NCBI RefSeq assembly: GCF_000737315.1
Contig: NZ_JMCB01000002.1
Location: 268,001 to 516,000, forward strand
From: Hyalangium minutum
GTDB taxonomy: Bacteria; Myxococcota; Myxococcia; Myxococcales; Myxococcaceae
Direction: 5' to 3'
Length of the DNA stretch: 248,000 nt
Each line of letters opens with the position of its first letter. Position 1 is the stretch's first letter. A program made the position numbers and the translations under genes. Below the pieces are notes generated by a model, which had not been told where the DNA came from, did not search any database, and saw only the letters and a program-made list of their open reading frames with translations. This document shows, in pieces, positions 127,197 to 137,750 of this stretch.

Positions 127197-127964
127197 ATGT
127201 CGAAGCGCCTGACCACCGCCGCGTTCGTCTTCTTCTTCCTGCTCACCGCGCCGGTGTGCACGGTGCTGGGCGTGTTGCTGTGGCTCGTGACGCTGCCGTT
127301 CGATCCGAACAAGGCCGTGCTGCACGCCTTCGTGTGCCGCTGGTGCCACACCCTCTATCTGGCGTGGCCCGGCTGGCGCGTGCGAATTGAAGGCCGGGAG
127401 TTGCTGCCTCGCGGGCCCGCCGTCCTCATCTCCAACCACCAGTCCGCCATGGACATCGTCACCACCATGGGGCTGTTCCATCCCTTCAAGTTCGTGGCCA
127501 AGGCCTCGCTCTTCAAGGTGCCCATGGTGGGCTGGCTGATGTCGCTGATGCGCTACGTGCCGGTGGAGCGTGGGCACGTGCACGCCATGGACAAGATGTT
127601 GGAGGACTGCCGCGGGTGGCTCCGCCAGGGCGTAGCGGTGCTCATCTACCCCGAGGGCACCTATGCGCCCCCGGGCCAGCGGCTGCCGTTCAAGCGCGGC
127701 GCGTTCCGGCTCGCCATCGAAGAGCACGTCCCCGTGGTGCCGGTGGTGGTGGAGGGCACCACGGACCTCATTGAAGGGGATGGCCCGTGGATGAACCCGC
127801 GTGCCCACCTGCGCGTGCGCGTGCTGCCGCCGCTGCCCGCGGACGCGCTGGGGAGCGATCCCCTGGCGCTCGCCGCGCGGGTCCGTGCGCTCTACTTCGA
127901 GGCGCTCGGCCTGCCGCCTCCGCCCGCCGAGCCCGTGGATGAAAGGACAGCTCAATGCGCCTGA
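127197..127964 (+). CDS. 1-acyl-sn-glycerol-3-phosphate acyltransferase
   Basis: NHQSAMD, YPEGT, FKRGAF. Confidence 0.88.
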   Translation: MSKRLTTAAFVFFFLLTAPVCTVLGVLLWLVTLPFDPNKAVLHAFVCRWCHTLYLAWPGWRVRIEGRELLPRGPAVLISNHQSAMDIVTTMGLFHPFKFVAKASLFKVPMVGWLMSLMRYVPVERGHVHAMDKMLEDCRGWLRQGVAVLIYPEGTYAPPGQRLPFKRGAFRLAIEEHVPVVPVVVEGTTDLIEGDGPWMNPRAHLRVRVLPPLPADALGSDPLALAARVRALYFEALGLPPPPAEPVDERTAQCA

Positions 127965-128734
127965 GCCTCTTTCAGGTGGATGCCTTCACCTCCCGCGTCT
128001 TCGGCGGCAACCCCGCCGCCGTCGTCCCACTGGATGCATGGCTGCCGGATGCCACGCTCCAGGCCATCGCGCTGGAGAACAACCTCTCGGAGACAGCCTT
128101 CTTCGTGAAGGAGGGCGAGGGCTACCGGCTGCGGTGGTTCACCCCGGCGCAGGAGGTGGACTTGTGCGGCCACGCCACGCTGGCCTCCGCCTATGTCCTC
128201 TTCCACCACCTCTCCCGGGAGCTGCAGCAGGTGGAGTTCGCCTCGCGCTCCGGGCCGCTGAAGGTGGCGCGCGAGGGGGACTGGCTGGTGATGGACTTTC
128301 CCGCGAGGCCTCCTCGGGCCTTCACTCCGCCGCTGGAGCTGGCCCAGGCGCTGGGGGCCAGCCCGCGCGAGGTGCTCGCGTCGCGCGACTGGGTGGCCGT
128401 GTTCGACTCGGAGGCGCAGGTTCGCGGGCTGAAGCCGGACCTGACGCGGCTGGCCCAGCTGGACACCTTCGCGGTGACGGTGACGGCGCCGGGCGACGAG
128501 GTGGACTTCGTCTCGCGCTTCTTCGCGCCGCGCGCGGGCGTGCCGGAGGATCCGGTGACGGGCTCGGCGCACTGCTCGCTGGTGCCCTATTGGGCCAAGC
128601 GGCTGGGCAAGACGCGGCTCACGGCCCGCCAGGTGTCCGCGCGCGGCGGCGAGCTGCGCTGCGAGGAGCGCGAGAGCCGGGTGCACATCGCTGGCCAGGC
128701 GGCGCTCTACCTAGAGGGCGTCATCACCTTCTGA
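127955..128734 (+). CDS. PhzF family epimerase
   Basis: DAF...GGNPA, SETAF, LCGHATLA, EDPVTGSAH. Confidence 0.92.
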   Translation: MRLSLFQVDAFTSRVFGGNPAAVVPLDAWLPDATLQAIALENNLSETAFFVKEGEGYRLRWFTPAQEVDLCGHATLASAYVLFHHLSRELQQVEFASRSGPLKVAREGDWLVMDFPARPPRAFTPPLELAQALGASPREVLASRDWVAVFDSEAQVRGLKPDLTRLAQLDTFAVTVTAPGDEVDFVSRFFAPRAGVPEDPVTGSAHCSLVPYWAKRLGKTRLTARQVSARGGELRCEERESRVHIAGQAALYLEGVITF

Positions 128735-128740
128735 GGTGGC

Positions 128741-129352
128741 TCAGCCCTCCGTCCAGCCCTTGGAGCGCCGCGAGGCCTCCTCCAGCGTGTGGGCCAGCAT
128801 GAGCGCGGGGCCGGTGAGCTCCTCCAGCTCTTCCACGGTGGAGGGGATTTTGCGGTGCTCGGCGTGGATCCACCCCGCGCGGATGTGAAAGTCCCGGTAG
128901 TGGTTGGCCATCTCGTAGAGGTGCTGCTGGACGGACTCGTTGCGCAGCACCCGGGCGGTCTCGCGGGAGACGTTGTTCAGCTCGAAGAGCCGGTCGAACG
129001 CCTTGTCGCCGATCTCCGCATCCTTCCGGCCGAAGAGCTTGAGCAGCTTGTCTCCCAGGCCCTCCTGCTCCAGCGAGAAGTCCGGGGACAGCCCTCCGTT
129101 GGTCGAGAGGCGCAGCACCGTCACCGTGTACCGCTCCTTGCCGGAGCCGCGGATCTGGAGCTCCAAACGCATGGGGTACCCTTCGTAGGAGCCCTCGATC
129201 TTCAGGCCGTCCGCGCACATGTCATGGCGGCGGGCGAACTCGGCCCAGGCCGCAACCCTCGCTTTGTGCCTCCTCACGAACAGGTACACGACAAGGACCA
129301 CGAAGGCGATGAAGGAGACGGCGATGATCACCTGCTGGACCACGTTGAGCAT
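128741..129352 (-). CDS. Hypothetical membrane-anchored protein
   Basis: N-terminal TM; GD..FD motif. Confidence 0.55.
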   Translation of the reverse strand: MLNVVQQVIIAVSFIAFVVLVVYLFVRRHKARVAAWAEFARRHDMCADGLKIEGSYEGYPMRLELQIRGSGKERYTVTVLRLSTNGGLSPDFSLEQEGLGDKLLKLFGRKDAEIGDKAFDRLFELNNVSRETARVLRNESVQQHLYEMANHYRDFHIRAGWIHAEHRKIPSTVEELEELTGPALMLAHTLEEASRRSKGWTEG

Positions 129353-129452
129353 GGCCGGAATTCTGCACTCAGGCCTCGATGGGAGGAAAGGCAGGGGCTC
129401 CGGGAGCCACGTGCTTCGTGTCGCCACAGGGGGGCACTGGTAGTGTGGGCGG

Positions 129453-132116
129453 ATGCGCTCTCTTCTCGTTTGCTTCGTGTTGCTCGCGCTGTGGGCCGCT
129501 CCCTCGGTGGCGGCTGTTCCCACCGGCTTCCAGGAAACGAAGTACAGCTCCTCGGCTCTCACTCCCGCCACCGGTCTCGGCTGGGCACCGGATGGCTCGG
129601 GACGGCTCTTCCTGCTCAACAAGAATGGCACCGTGCGCATCGCGACGATGCGCGACGGGGAGCTCGTCAAGCAGGGCACCTCGCTGGCGACGGCGGTGTT
129701 CGCCACCGAGTCCGTCTACACCAACAGCGAGTGCGGCCTTATCGGCCTGGCGTTCGATCCGAACTACGCCGTCAACCGCTACGTCTACCTGTTCCTGACG
129801 GCGCCCGGCGGCACCAAGCAGATGATCGTCCGCTACACGGATGCCAATGGGGTGGGCACGGCGCGCACGGTCATCGTCGACAACCTGCCCACGGCCGGTC
129901 AGAACCATGACGGCGGGGCGCTGGGCTTCGGGCCGGACGGGAAGCTGTACTGGGCCATTGGAGACCTGGGCAATGGCACGGGAGTGAATGCGGATCTCAC
130001 CTCGCTGGCGGCCAAGGTGGGCCGCGCCAACCTGGACGGCACGCCCGCCAACGACAACCCCTTCAATGACGGGGTGGGTCCCAACAACGAGTACATCTGG
130101 GCGCGGGGCTTCCGGAACCCGTTCACCTTTACGTTCCAGCCCGCCACGGGGAAGCTGTGGGTGAACACGGTGGGCACGGGCTACGAGCAGATCTTCGTTC
130201 CCATCGAGAGAGACAACGCGGGCTACAACGCCTACGAGAACAACCAGCCGGCCAACGGGTACATCACCCCGGTCATCAAGTACCGGACCAACGGCACGGA
130301 CACGCGCACCTTCACAGCGAATGGAGCGGTGCGCAGCGGGGGCGTGGCCACCTTCACCACCACGGAGGCGCACTTCTTCCGCAAGGGCGAGAAGATCACC
130401 GTGTCCGGGGTGACGAACACGGGCTTCAACGGCACGATGTACGTGGCGAGCACCCCGAACGCCACCACGTGGACGGCGGCGCAGGCCGGTCCGGACGCCA
130501 TGAGCGGCGGAGGGCAGGCCGTCACGGACAACCTGGGCGGCTCCATCACGGGCGGTACCTTCTACGACTCGACGCTCTTCCCGGCGGAGTACCGGGGCAA
130601 CTTCTTCTTCGGCGACTACAACTCGCACCGGCTGGTGCGCGCCACGCTGGCCTCGGACAACTCGGTGGCCACGGTGGACTCGTGGGGCACGGACTTCACC
130701 CAGGCCGTGGACATGGACGTGGGGCCCGATGGCGCGCTGTATGTGGTGGGCGTCACCTCGGGCAGCGTCACCCGGGTCATGCCCGCGCAGGTGGCACAGA
130801 AGCTCATCGTCTCCGGGCTGAACCTGCGGGTCGTCGAGGGCGGCCAGCTGGTCTTCACCGTGCGGCTGGCTCAAGCGCCCACGGCGGATGTCACGGTCAG
130901 CGTGCAGCGGGTCTCGGGGGATGGGGACCTGACGGTGGCCAGTGGCGCGCTGCTCACTTTCACTCCCGCCAACTGGAACCAGCTCCAGCTCGTCACGATT
131001 GCGTCGGCCGAGGATGCGGACTCCACCCCCGATACAGCCTCCTTCGAGGTGGCCGCGCAGGGCCTGAGCACGGAGACGGTGGTGGTGACGTCCATCGACA
131101 ACAACGCGGCGCGGCTCGTGCTGTCCAACACGGCGCTGACGCTGGACGAGGGCGGGAACGGTACGTTCACAGTGGCGCTGTCCAAGCGGCCCACGAGCAA
131201 CGTCAGCGTCACGGTGGCACGGACCGAGGGGGACTCGGATGTCTCCGTCACGGGGAGCGCGACCCTGAGCTTTACGGTGGGCAACTGGAACACGCCGCAG
131301 ACAGTCACCGTGGCGGCTGCCGAGGACGCGGACAACGTGAACGACACCGCGACGCTCACCCTGGCCATCCCGGAAGCGGATGCGCGCACCGTGTCCGTCA
131401 CCGTGAGGGACAATGTGCCGTCGGCTCCGGCCATCCTCTCCACGCCCGTCACGAACGCGGTGGTGGGGGCTCCGTACCGCTACGAGGTGCAAGCCCAGGG
131501 CCTGCCCACGCCCACCTTTTCTCTGACGAGCAATGTTTCGGGGCCGGTCATCGATGCGAGTACGGGCGTCATCCGCTGGACGCCCACGGTGGTGGGCCTC
131601 GTGGACGTGACAGTCCGCGCGGCCAACGGGGTGAGCCCGGATGCGGAACAGACCTTCCAGATCACCGTCAAGGCGGACGAGCCCCCTCGCGCGGTGCTCA
131701 CGAGGCCCACGGAGGGGGAGCGCGTCGCCGGGGCGATGGCGGAGTTCTTCGGCGACTGCTTGGACGACGTGGGCTGCACGAAGGCGGAGTTCTACGTGGA
131801 CGGGGTGCTGGGGAGCACGGATGCGCAGACCTCCGGGCACTACCACTATGGTGGCGAGCACAACCGGTGGGACACGACCTCGCTGACGCCCGGGGCCCAT
131901 CAGGTCCGCATGGTCGTCTACGACACGACGGGCAGGAGCGCAGCGGCCGAGGTCAAGGTGTGCGTGGGAGACGGCCCGTGCGTGACTTCCGAGCCGGAGG
132001 AGCCGGAAGAGCCGGAGGTGCCGGAAGAGGAGGGTGGGTGTGGCTGCGGTGCGGGAGCCGGCGGTGCGGCGGCGTGGCTGGCGGTGGTGCTGTTCCTGCG
132101 GCGCCGGCGCACGTAG
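129453..132116 (+). CDS. Glucose/sorbosone dehydrogenase-family protein with Ig/Calx-beta-like repeats and MYXO-CTERM-like tail
   Basis: GLIGLAFDP, HDGG.L.FGPDG.LY, GFRNP; GCGC..TM-RRRR. Confidence 0.85.
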   Translation: MRSLLVCFVLLALWAAPSVAAVPTGFQETKYSSSALTPATGLGWAPDGSGRLFLLNKNGTVRIATMRDGELVKQGTSLATAVFATESVYTNSECGLIGLAFDPNYAVNRYVYLFLTAPGGTKQMIVRYTDANGVGTARTVIVDNLPTAGQNHDGGALGFGPDGKLYWAIGDLGNGTGVNADLTSLAAKVGRANLDGTPANDNPFNDGVGPNNEYIWARGFRNPFTFTFQPATGKLWVNTVGTGYEQIFVPIERDNAGYNAYENNQPANGYITPVIKYRTNGTDTRTFTANGAVRSGGVATFTTTEAHFFRKGEKITVSGVTNTGFNGTMYVASTPNATTWTAAQAGPDAMSGGGQAVTDNLGGSITGGTFYDSTLFPAEYRGNFFFGDYNSHRLVRATLASDNSVATVDSWGTDFTQAVDMDVGPDGALYVVGVTSGSVTRVMPAQVAQKLIVSGLNLRVVEGGQLVFTVRLAQAPTADVTVSVQRVSGDGDLTVASGALLTFTPANWNQLQLVTIASAEDADSTPDTASFEVAAQGLSTETVVVTSIDNNAARLVLSNTALTLDEGGNGTFTVALSKRPTSNVSVTVARTEGDSDVSVTGSATLSFTVGNWNTPQTVTVAAAEDADNVNDTATLTLAIPEADARTVSVTVRDNVPSAPAILSTPVTNAVVGAPYRYEVQAQGLPTPTFSLTSNVSGPVIDASTGVIRWTPTVVGLVDVTVRAANGVSPDAEQTFQITVKADEPPRAVLTRPTEGERVAGAMAEFFGDCLDDVGCTKAEFYVDGVLGSTDAQTSGHYHYGGEHNRWDTTSLTPGAHQVRMVVYDTTGRSAAAEVKVCVGDGPCVTSEPEEPEEPEVPEEEGGCGCGAGAGGAAAWLAVVLFLRRRRT

Positions 132117-132367
132117 TCCGCCGCTCCGAGGCGCGGCGGCTCGGGGTCAGCGGTCGATGACCCAGCGGATGGACGTGGACGCCTGGAGGTCGAGCTCCTG
132201 GCGTCCCAGCGTGCCCTCACGGCCGAAGAGCAGGGTGATGGGCCGGGCTCTCCGTCGAGCGTGTAACTCGTCGGAGTGTCCTGGTTCGTCGTGCTTCTCG
132301 GAGTCGGGAGCTTCACCGTCGGTCGAATGACCGATGCGGCCAGGACCGGGGGCCTGCCGCCGGTTTT

Positions 132368-132449
132368 GGCCGAAGTGGTCTGCTTGTCAGACCAGTTTGC
132401 GCTGGCTCCGGTGGTTCGGGCCGAAGTGGTCTGCTTGTCAGACCAGTTT
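132368..132449. repeat. Two 31-bp direct repeats, each with an internal palindrome (REP-like)
   Basis: ggccgaagtggtctgcttgtcagaccagttt at 132368 and 132419. Confidence 0.8.
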
Positions 132450-132714
132450 TGAGCCTGCTCTGGTGGGTAGGGGCAGCGCGCATGTGGGACCTCTGCCGGT
132501 GGCCCCCTGGGCCGCAGGCCTGCTTGGCCGGCCATCCCGGCATGTGGGATCGCCTCGCTCCACCTGCGAGGGAGGGTGACCTTTGGAAGTGCTTGGAATC
132601 CTTGGCAGATCCACGAATGTCAGACCGGCCGTGTAAGCGAGCCTCCGCCCGGTGCTTGGACCGGAAGCTGGAGTGTTGGAGGCTGCGCGCGCGGCCGAGG
132701 AGGGGTGGTACTGG

Positions 132715-133956
132715 ATGCGTCTGCTGCACACGTCGGACTGGCACCTGGGGCACACGCTCTATGACGTCTCTCGCGAGGCGGAGCATGCGGCCTTTCTCGA
132801 CTGGCTCCTGGTCACCCTCGAGGCCGAGAGCGTCGATGCGCTCCTCATTGCGGGCGACATCTTCGACACCGCCAACCCCAGCGCCGAGGCCCAGGCAGCC
132901 TGGTACCACTTCATCGCCCGCGTCCGCCGTAAGCTGCACAAGCTCGATGTCGTCGTGATTGGCGGCAACCATGACTCGGCGGCTCGCCTCGATGCGCCAG
133001 ACCCCCTCTTTGCTGCCCTCGGGGTGCGCGTGGTGGGCGGGCTGCCTCGGGCCCAGGGGTCGCTCGACTTCGAGCGCCTGCTGGTGCCCCTGCATGACTC
133101 GCGCGGCCGGGTGAAGGCGTGGGTGGCCGCTGTGCCGTACCTGCGCCCCTCGGACCTGCCGATGGTGCAGACCGAGGGAGACCGGCTCATTGAAGGTGTG
133201 CGCGAGGTGTATGGCCTCACGCTGGAGTCGGCTCGCCGGCGGAAGCAGTCCGGTCAGGCCCTGGTGGCCATGGGGCACTGCTACATGACGGGCGCCGAGC
133301 TGTCCCTGCTCAGTGAGCGGAAGATCCTCGGCGGCAACCAGCATGCGCTCCCCGTGGACCTGTTCCCTGCTGACGTGGCCTATGCGGCGCTCGGGCACCT
133401 GCACAAGGCTCAGCGCGTGGGCGGCCACGAGGGCGTGCGCTACAGCGGCTCTCCCATTCCGCTCTCCCTGAGCGAGGCGCACTACCGCCATCAAGTGCTT
133501 CTGGTGGAGCTGGACGGCGAGGGGCTCGGCACGGTGCGTCCGCTGTCCGTGCCGCGCACCGCGGAGATGCTCCGCGTCCCCGCTCGGGAGGCCGTCCCAT
133601 TGGAGGAGGTGCTGGAGCAACTGGCCGCGCTGCCCGCGCTGGAGCCGGACATGCCCGAGCGGAACCGGCCTTATTTAGAGGTGTGTGTCTCCTTGCCTCG
133701 GCCTGAGCCGTTGCTGCGTCGCAAGGTGGAGGCCGTGCTGGAGGGCAAGGCGGCGCGCCTCGTGAAGTTGACGCCTTCGTACACTGGTACGGGGCATGCG
133801 CTGGCGGAGACGCAGCCGGGCATTTCGCTGCGGGAGCGCACCCCCGAGGAGGTCTTCAAGGCCCGCTACGCCCGCGACTATCAGGAGCCCATGGCGCCTG
133901 CCCTGCTGGAGTCCTTCCACACGCTGCTCACCGCCGTGCAGGAGGACGCGTCATGA
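132715..133956 (+). CDS. sbcD: Exonuclease SbcD
   Basis: HTSDWHLG, GDIFD, GNHDS, LGHLH, YSGSP. Confidence 0.95.
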   Translation: MRLLHTSDWHLGHTLYDVSREAEHAAFLDWLLVTLEAESVDALLIAGDIFDTANPSAEAQAAWYHFIARVRRKLHKLDVVVIGGNHDSAARLDAPDPLFAALGVRVVGGLPRAQGSLDFERLLVPLHDSRGRVKAWVAAVPYLRPSDLPMVQTEGDRLIEGVREVYGLTLESARRRKQSGQALVAMGHCYMTGAELSLLSERKILGGNQHALPVDLFPADVAYAALGHLHKAQRVGGHEGVRYSGSPIPLSLSEAHYRHQVLLVELDGEGLGTVRPLSVPRTAEMLRVPAREAVPLEEVLEQLAALPALEPDMPERNRPYLEVCVSLPRPEPLLRRKVEAVLEGKAARLVKLTPSYTGTGHALAETQPGISLRERTPEEVFKARYARDYQEPMAPALLESFHTLLTAVQEDAS

Positions 133957-136900
133957 GGATCCTCGCCATCCGCGGTCAGGACCTCACCAGCCTCGCCGGC
134001 GAGTTCGCGCTGGAGCTGGACCAGCCGCCGCTCGACAAGCTGGGACTGTTTGCCATCACGGGCGCCACGGGCTCGGGCAAGAGCACCCTGCTGGATGCCA
134101 TGTGCCTGGCCCTCTTCGATCGCACGCCTCGGCTCGAGGGCCATGGGGGCGTCGCGGTGGGACGGCCCGGCGAGGACAAGGAAGAGCGGCTGCTCTCGCA
134201 TGACGTCCGGGGCCTGCTGCGGCGCGGCGCCGTCGAGGGGTACGCCGAGGTGGATTTCCTGGGGAGTGACGGGCGGCGCTATCGCTCGCGGTGGTCCGTG
134301 AGACGCGCGCGCAAGAAGACCGATGGGCGCCTGCAGTTCCAGGAGCTGACCCTCACCGATGTGGCCACGGGCCAGACCTTCGGCCGCACCAAGTCCGAGG
134401 TGCTCAAGGCCATCGAGCAGCGGCTGGGGCTGTCCTTTGATCAGTTCCGCCGTTCAGCGCTGCTGGCGCAGGGCGAGTTCGCGGCGTTCCTCCGTGCCAA
134501 CTCCAACGAGCGCGCGGAGCTGCTGGAGCGCATGACGGGCACGGAGATCTACAGCCGGGTCTCCATCGCCGCGCACGAGCGCAACAAGGAAGAGCAGGAA
134601 GAGCTGGTGCGCATGGAGGCGGGGCTGGCCGCCATCTCGCGCCTGTCGGATGAGGAGCGCGCCGCGGTCGAAGGCGCGCTCAAGACCCAGGAAGAGGCAC
134701 GGGCCGCTGCGGAGAGGGTGCTCGCGGAGGCCTCGGCTTCGGTGGAGTGGTACGCGACGCGGGCAAAGCTGGTGACCTCCGAGCGCGAGGCCGTTGAGGG
134801 GATGTCTCGGGCGGCGGAGGCGGTGGAGGCAGCGGCACCTCGGGAGGCCATGCTGGCTCGCGTGCGCGCGGCGGAGGCGTTCCGCGCTCCCGTGGCCACC
134901 ATTGAGGGCAAGGAGCGGGCGCTGGCGGAGGCCTCGGCGGCCCAGGTGCGGTTGGCGGCGGAGGCGGAGAAGGCACTGGCAGCGGCAGGGGCTCGGCAGA
135001 CGGAGCTGGGGCAGACGGAGCGGTCTCGTACTGCGGCGCTGGCTGCGGAAGAATCCGCGGGCCCGGCGCTCACCGAGGCGGCCCAGCTGGATGCGCAGCT
135101 CGCCGTGGAGCGGCAGAAAGCCACGGAGGCATCTCAGCGGGCGGCGGCGTCTCGGACGGCTGAGGAGCAGTCGGTGAAGGCCCTCGCGGCCATTGCCGGG
135201 CAGGAGGCCGCGGCGAAGTCGGCTGCGGAGGCGGCACGCACGTGGCTGGCCGGGCACGCTCCGTTGGAGGTGCTCGCGCGCGAGTGGCCCCGCTGGGAGG
135301 CCGAGCTGGGCCGCTACGAGCGGGCCGCCGTGGGAGAACAGCAAGCGAAGGCGGACGTGGCCCGGCTGAGCAAGGAGGAGCTCAAGCTGCGCGAGGCGGC
135401 GGAGCTGCGCCGTCAGGAGCGGCAGAAGGCCTCCGAGGCCATGGAGCAGGCGCAGGCCCGCGCCACCCACGCCGAGGCTGCCGTGGGCGTGGATGCGGGC
135501 GCGGCCCGGCGTGAGCTTCGCAAGTCCCTGCTCGCGCGTCAGGAGGCACTGCGGACGCTGGGCAAGGCCCAGGAGGGCACTGCCGCCGCAGCCACGGCAG
135601 AGCAGGAGGCTCGCACGGAAGCGGAGGCCGCCCAGCGCGAGGCGGAGACCGCGGCGGCCGAGGCGCGGCAGATGGCTGGACGGCGCCTGGAGCTGGAGGC
135701 GGGGCTGAAGGAGGCAAAGCGGGCGCTGGATCGGGCTCAGGCGGCCCAGGGCCTTGCCTCGCACCGAGCGGCGCTGCGCGAAGGAGAGCCCTGTCCGCTG
135801 TGCGGCGCGACCGAGCACCCCTATGGCCGCGCCGAGGCCGCGCTGGAGGCGCTCGTTGTGGAGGCCTCCACGCGCGTTGAATCGCTGGAGACGGAGCGGA
135901 CCGCAGCGGCCCAGAAGGAAGCGGCAGCGCTCGCGCGGGAGAAGGCCGCGCAGCCCCGGCAGGCTCAGGCGGAGACCCGGCGGACCCAGGCCGCCTCCAA
136001 GCGTGAGGCGCACCGCGAGGCGTGGACGAAGGCGCGCGCGCTCCTCCAACAGCCGCTGCCCCCGGAGCAGGCGGAGGATTCAGGGGCCCGAGCGTGGCTC
136101 GATGAGGCGCTGAAGGAGGCCGAGGCGCGGCTCGCCGCAGTGAACGCCGAGGAGGAGGCCGCGGAGACACGGGCTCGGGCGGCGCGAGAGGCCCGTGCCG
136201 CGCTGGAGGCCTGCCGCGATCGGCTGGAGGCCGCCAGTGATGCGCTGCGGCTCGCGGAGACCGCGTTCACGGTGGCCGAGCGCTCGCTGCGCGAGTCCGA
136301 GCGTCAGGCGGACCAGCAGGGCATCGCGCGGCGCCAGGTGCTCACCGACTTGGCTCCCGCCTTCACGGGCTGGCGCGAGTGGGAGGCCCGGCTCGCGGCC
136401 GATCCCGGTGGATTCCGGAAGTCTTGTGCGACACAGGTGGCGGACTGGAACACGCACGACGAGGCGTTCCGGAATGCCCAGGCCCGTGAGACCAAGGCCC
136501 GTGAAGAGCGGGCCGCCGCCGAGGCACGCAAGGAGGCCCAGCGCGAGACCGCCGAGGCGGATGCCCGCGCCTGGAAGCGCGCGGACGAGGCCCTCCGGCA
136601 GACGCAGGCCGCCCGTGCGAAGGTGCTGGAGGGCCGCCCCGTGGAGCAGGTCCGCACCCTGCTGCGCACGGCGGTGGAGTCCGCCACCCAGGGCTACGAG
136701 AAGGCACGGGCCGCCTCAGAGTCCGCGAGCCGGGCCGCCGCGGTGGCCACCGCTCGCGCCGAGGAGGCCGCCAAGGCGCGCACCGCCGCCGCCGAGGCCC
136801 GGGAGCAGGCCCAGGCCGCGCTCGATGCGCTGCTGCAAGGCCGGGGCGTGACGTGGGAAGAGGTCCGCCAGCTGCTCGCGAAGGATGCCGCATGGTGCGA

Positions 136901-137747
136901 GTCGGAGGCCCGGGCGCTGGCCGGACTGCACGAAGCCCACGCCAAGGCCCGCACGGTGCTCGAGGAGCGTCAGGCTTGGCGCTCCAGGCACGAGGCCTCC
137001 GGAGCGCCTGCCCTGCCCGAGCCGGAGGTGGCCGCCACCCGCGAGCGCGCCCGTTCGGAGGTGGAGGCCCATCGCGCCGCCGCCGCTGGCTCCAAGGCCC
137101 GGCTCGGCCAGGACGACGAGGCCCGAAAGCGCTACGGCGCCGAGGCCCAGGCACTGGAGGTGCGCCGCCGCGCCGCCGAGGTCTGGAAGACCCTGCACGA
137201 GCTCATCGGCTCGGCGGACGGGAAGAAGTTCAAGGTGTTCGCCCAGAGCCTCACGCTGGACGCGCTGCTGCTGCACGCCAACGCCCACCTCGAGGAGCTG
137301 GCTCGGCGCTACCGCCTCATGCGCGTGCCCGGGTATGACTTGGATCTCCAAGTGGTGGACCAGGACATGGGCGACGAGATGCGTGGCCTGGCGAGCCTGT
137401 CCGGCGGCGAGTCCTTCCTCGTCTCGCTCGCCCTGGCGCTGGGCCTGGCCTCGCTCTCCTCGGAGACGACCCAGGTGGAGACCCTCTTCATCGACGAGGG
137501 CTTCGGCACCCTGGACCCGGAGACGCTGGAGGTGGCGCTCGCCACGCTCGACGCGCTCCAGGCCACGGGCCGGCAGGTGGGCATCATCTCCCACGTGTCC
137601 GGCATGGCCGAGCGCATCGGCGCTCAGGTGCGTGTGGTGAAGCAGGGCGGGGGGCGCAGCCGCCTCGTCGTGCAGGTGGACGGAGGGCTCGCCGCGCTGC
137701 CGGAGCCACCCGCCTCGGGCTCGGGCAATGGGCGGAGGGTGGCCTAG
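133953..137747 (+). CDS. sbcC: SMC-like ATPase SbcC
   Basis: GATGSGKS, CPLCG hook, LSGGE, FIDEGFG. Confidence 0.95.
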   Translation: MRILAIRGQDLTSLAGEFALELDQPPLDKLGLFAITGATGSGKSTLLDAMCLALFDRTPRLEGHGGVAVGRPGEDKEERLLSHDVRGLLRRGAVEGYAEVDFLGSDGRRYRSRWSVRRARKKTDGRLQFQELTLTDVATGQTFGRTKSEVLKAIEQRLGLSFDQFRRSALLAQGEFAAFLRANSNERAELLERMTGTEIYSRVSIAAHERNKEEQEELVRMEAGLAAISRLSDEERAAVEGALKTQEEARAAAERVLAEASASVEWYATRAKLVTSEREAVEGMSRAAEAVEAAAPREAMLARVRAAEAFRAPVATIEGKERALAEASAAQVRLAAEAEKALAAAGARQTELGQTERSRTAALAAEESAGPALTEAAQLDAQLAVERQKATEASQRAAASRTAEEQSVKALAAIAGQEAAAKSAAEAARTWLAGHAPLEVLAREWPRWEAELGRYERAAVGEQQAKADVARLSKEELKLREAAELRRQERQKASEAMEQAQARATHAEAAVGVDAGAARRELRKSLLARQEALRTLGKAQEGTAAAATAEQEARTEAEAAQREAETAAAEARQMAGRRLELEAGLKEAKRALDRAQAAQGLASHRAALREGEPCPLCGATEHPYGRAEAALEALVVEASTRVESLETERTAAAQKEAAALAREKAAQPRQAQAETRRTQAASKREAHREAWTKARALLQQPLPPEQAEDSGARAWLDEALKEAEARLAAVNAEEEAAETRARAAREARAALEACRDRLEAASDALRLAETAFTVAERSLRESERQADQQGIARRQVLTDLAPAFTGWREWEARLAADPGGFRKSCATQVADWNTHDEAFRNAQARETKAREERAAAEARKEAQRETAEADARAWKRADEALRQTQAARAKVLEGRPVEQVRTLLRTAVESATQGYEKARAASESASRAAAVATARAEEAAKARTAAAEAREQAQAALDALLQGRGVTWEEVRQLLAKDAAWCESEARALAGLHEAHAKARTVLEERQAWRSRHEASGAPALPEPEVAATRERARSEVEAHRAAAAGSKARLGQDDEARKRYGAEAQALEVRRRAAEVWKTLHELIGSADGKKFKVFAQSLTLDALLLHANAHLEELARRYRLMRVPGYDLDLQVVDQDMGDEMRGLASLSGGESFLVSLALALGLASLSSETTQVETLFIDEGFGTLDPETLEVALATLDALQATGRQVGIISHVSGMAERIGAQVRVVKQGGGRSRLVVQVDGGLAALPEPPASGSGNGRRVA

Positions 137748-137750
137748 CGC

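Noticed and set aside
127955-128734. Phenazine biosynthesis cluster
   Set aside because: A solitary PhzF-like gene with no other phz genes.
132368-132449. Possible CRISPR array
   Set aside because: Only two repeats with a 20-bp spacer and no cas genes in the window; REP-like is more parsimonious.
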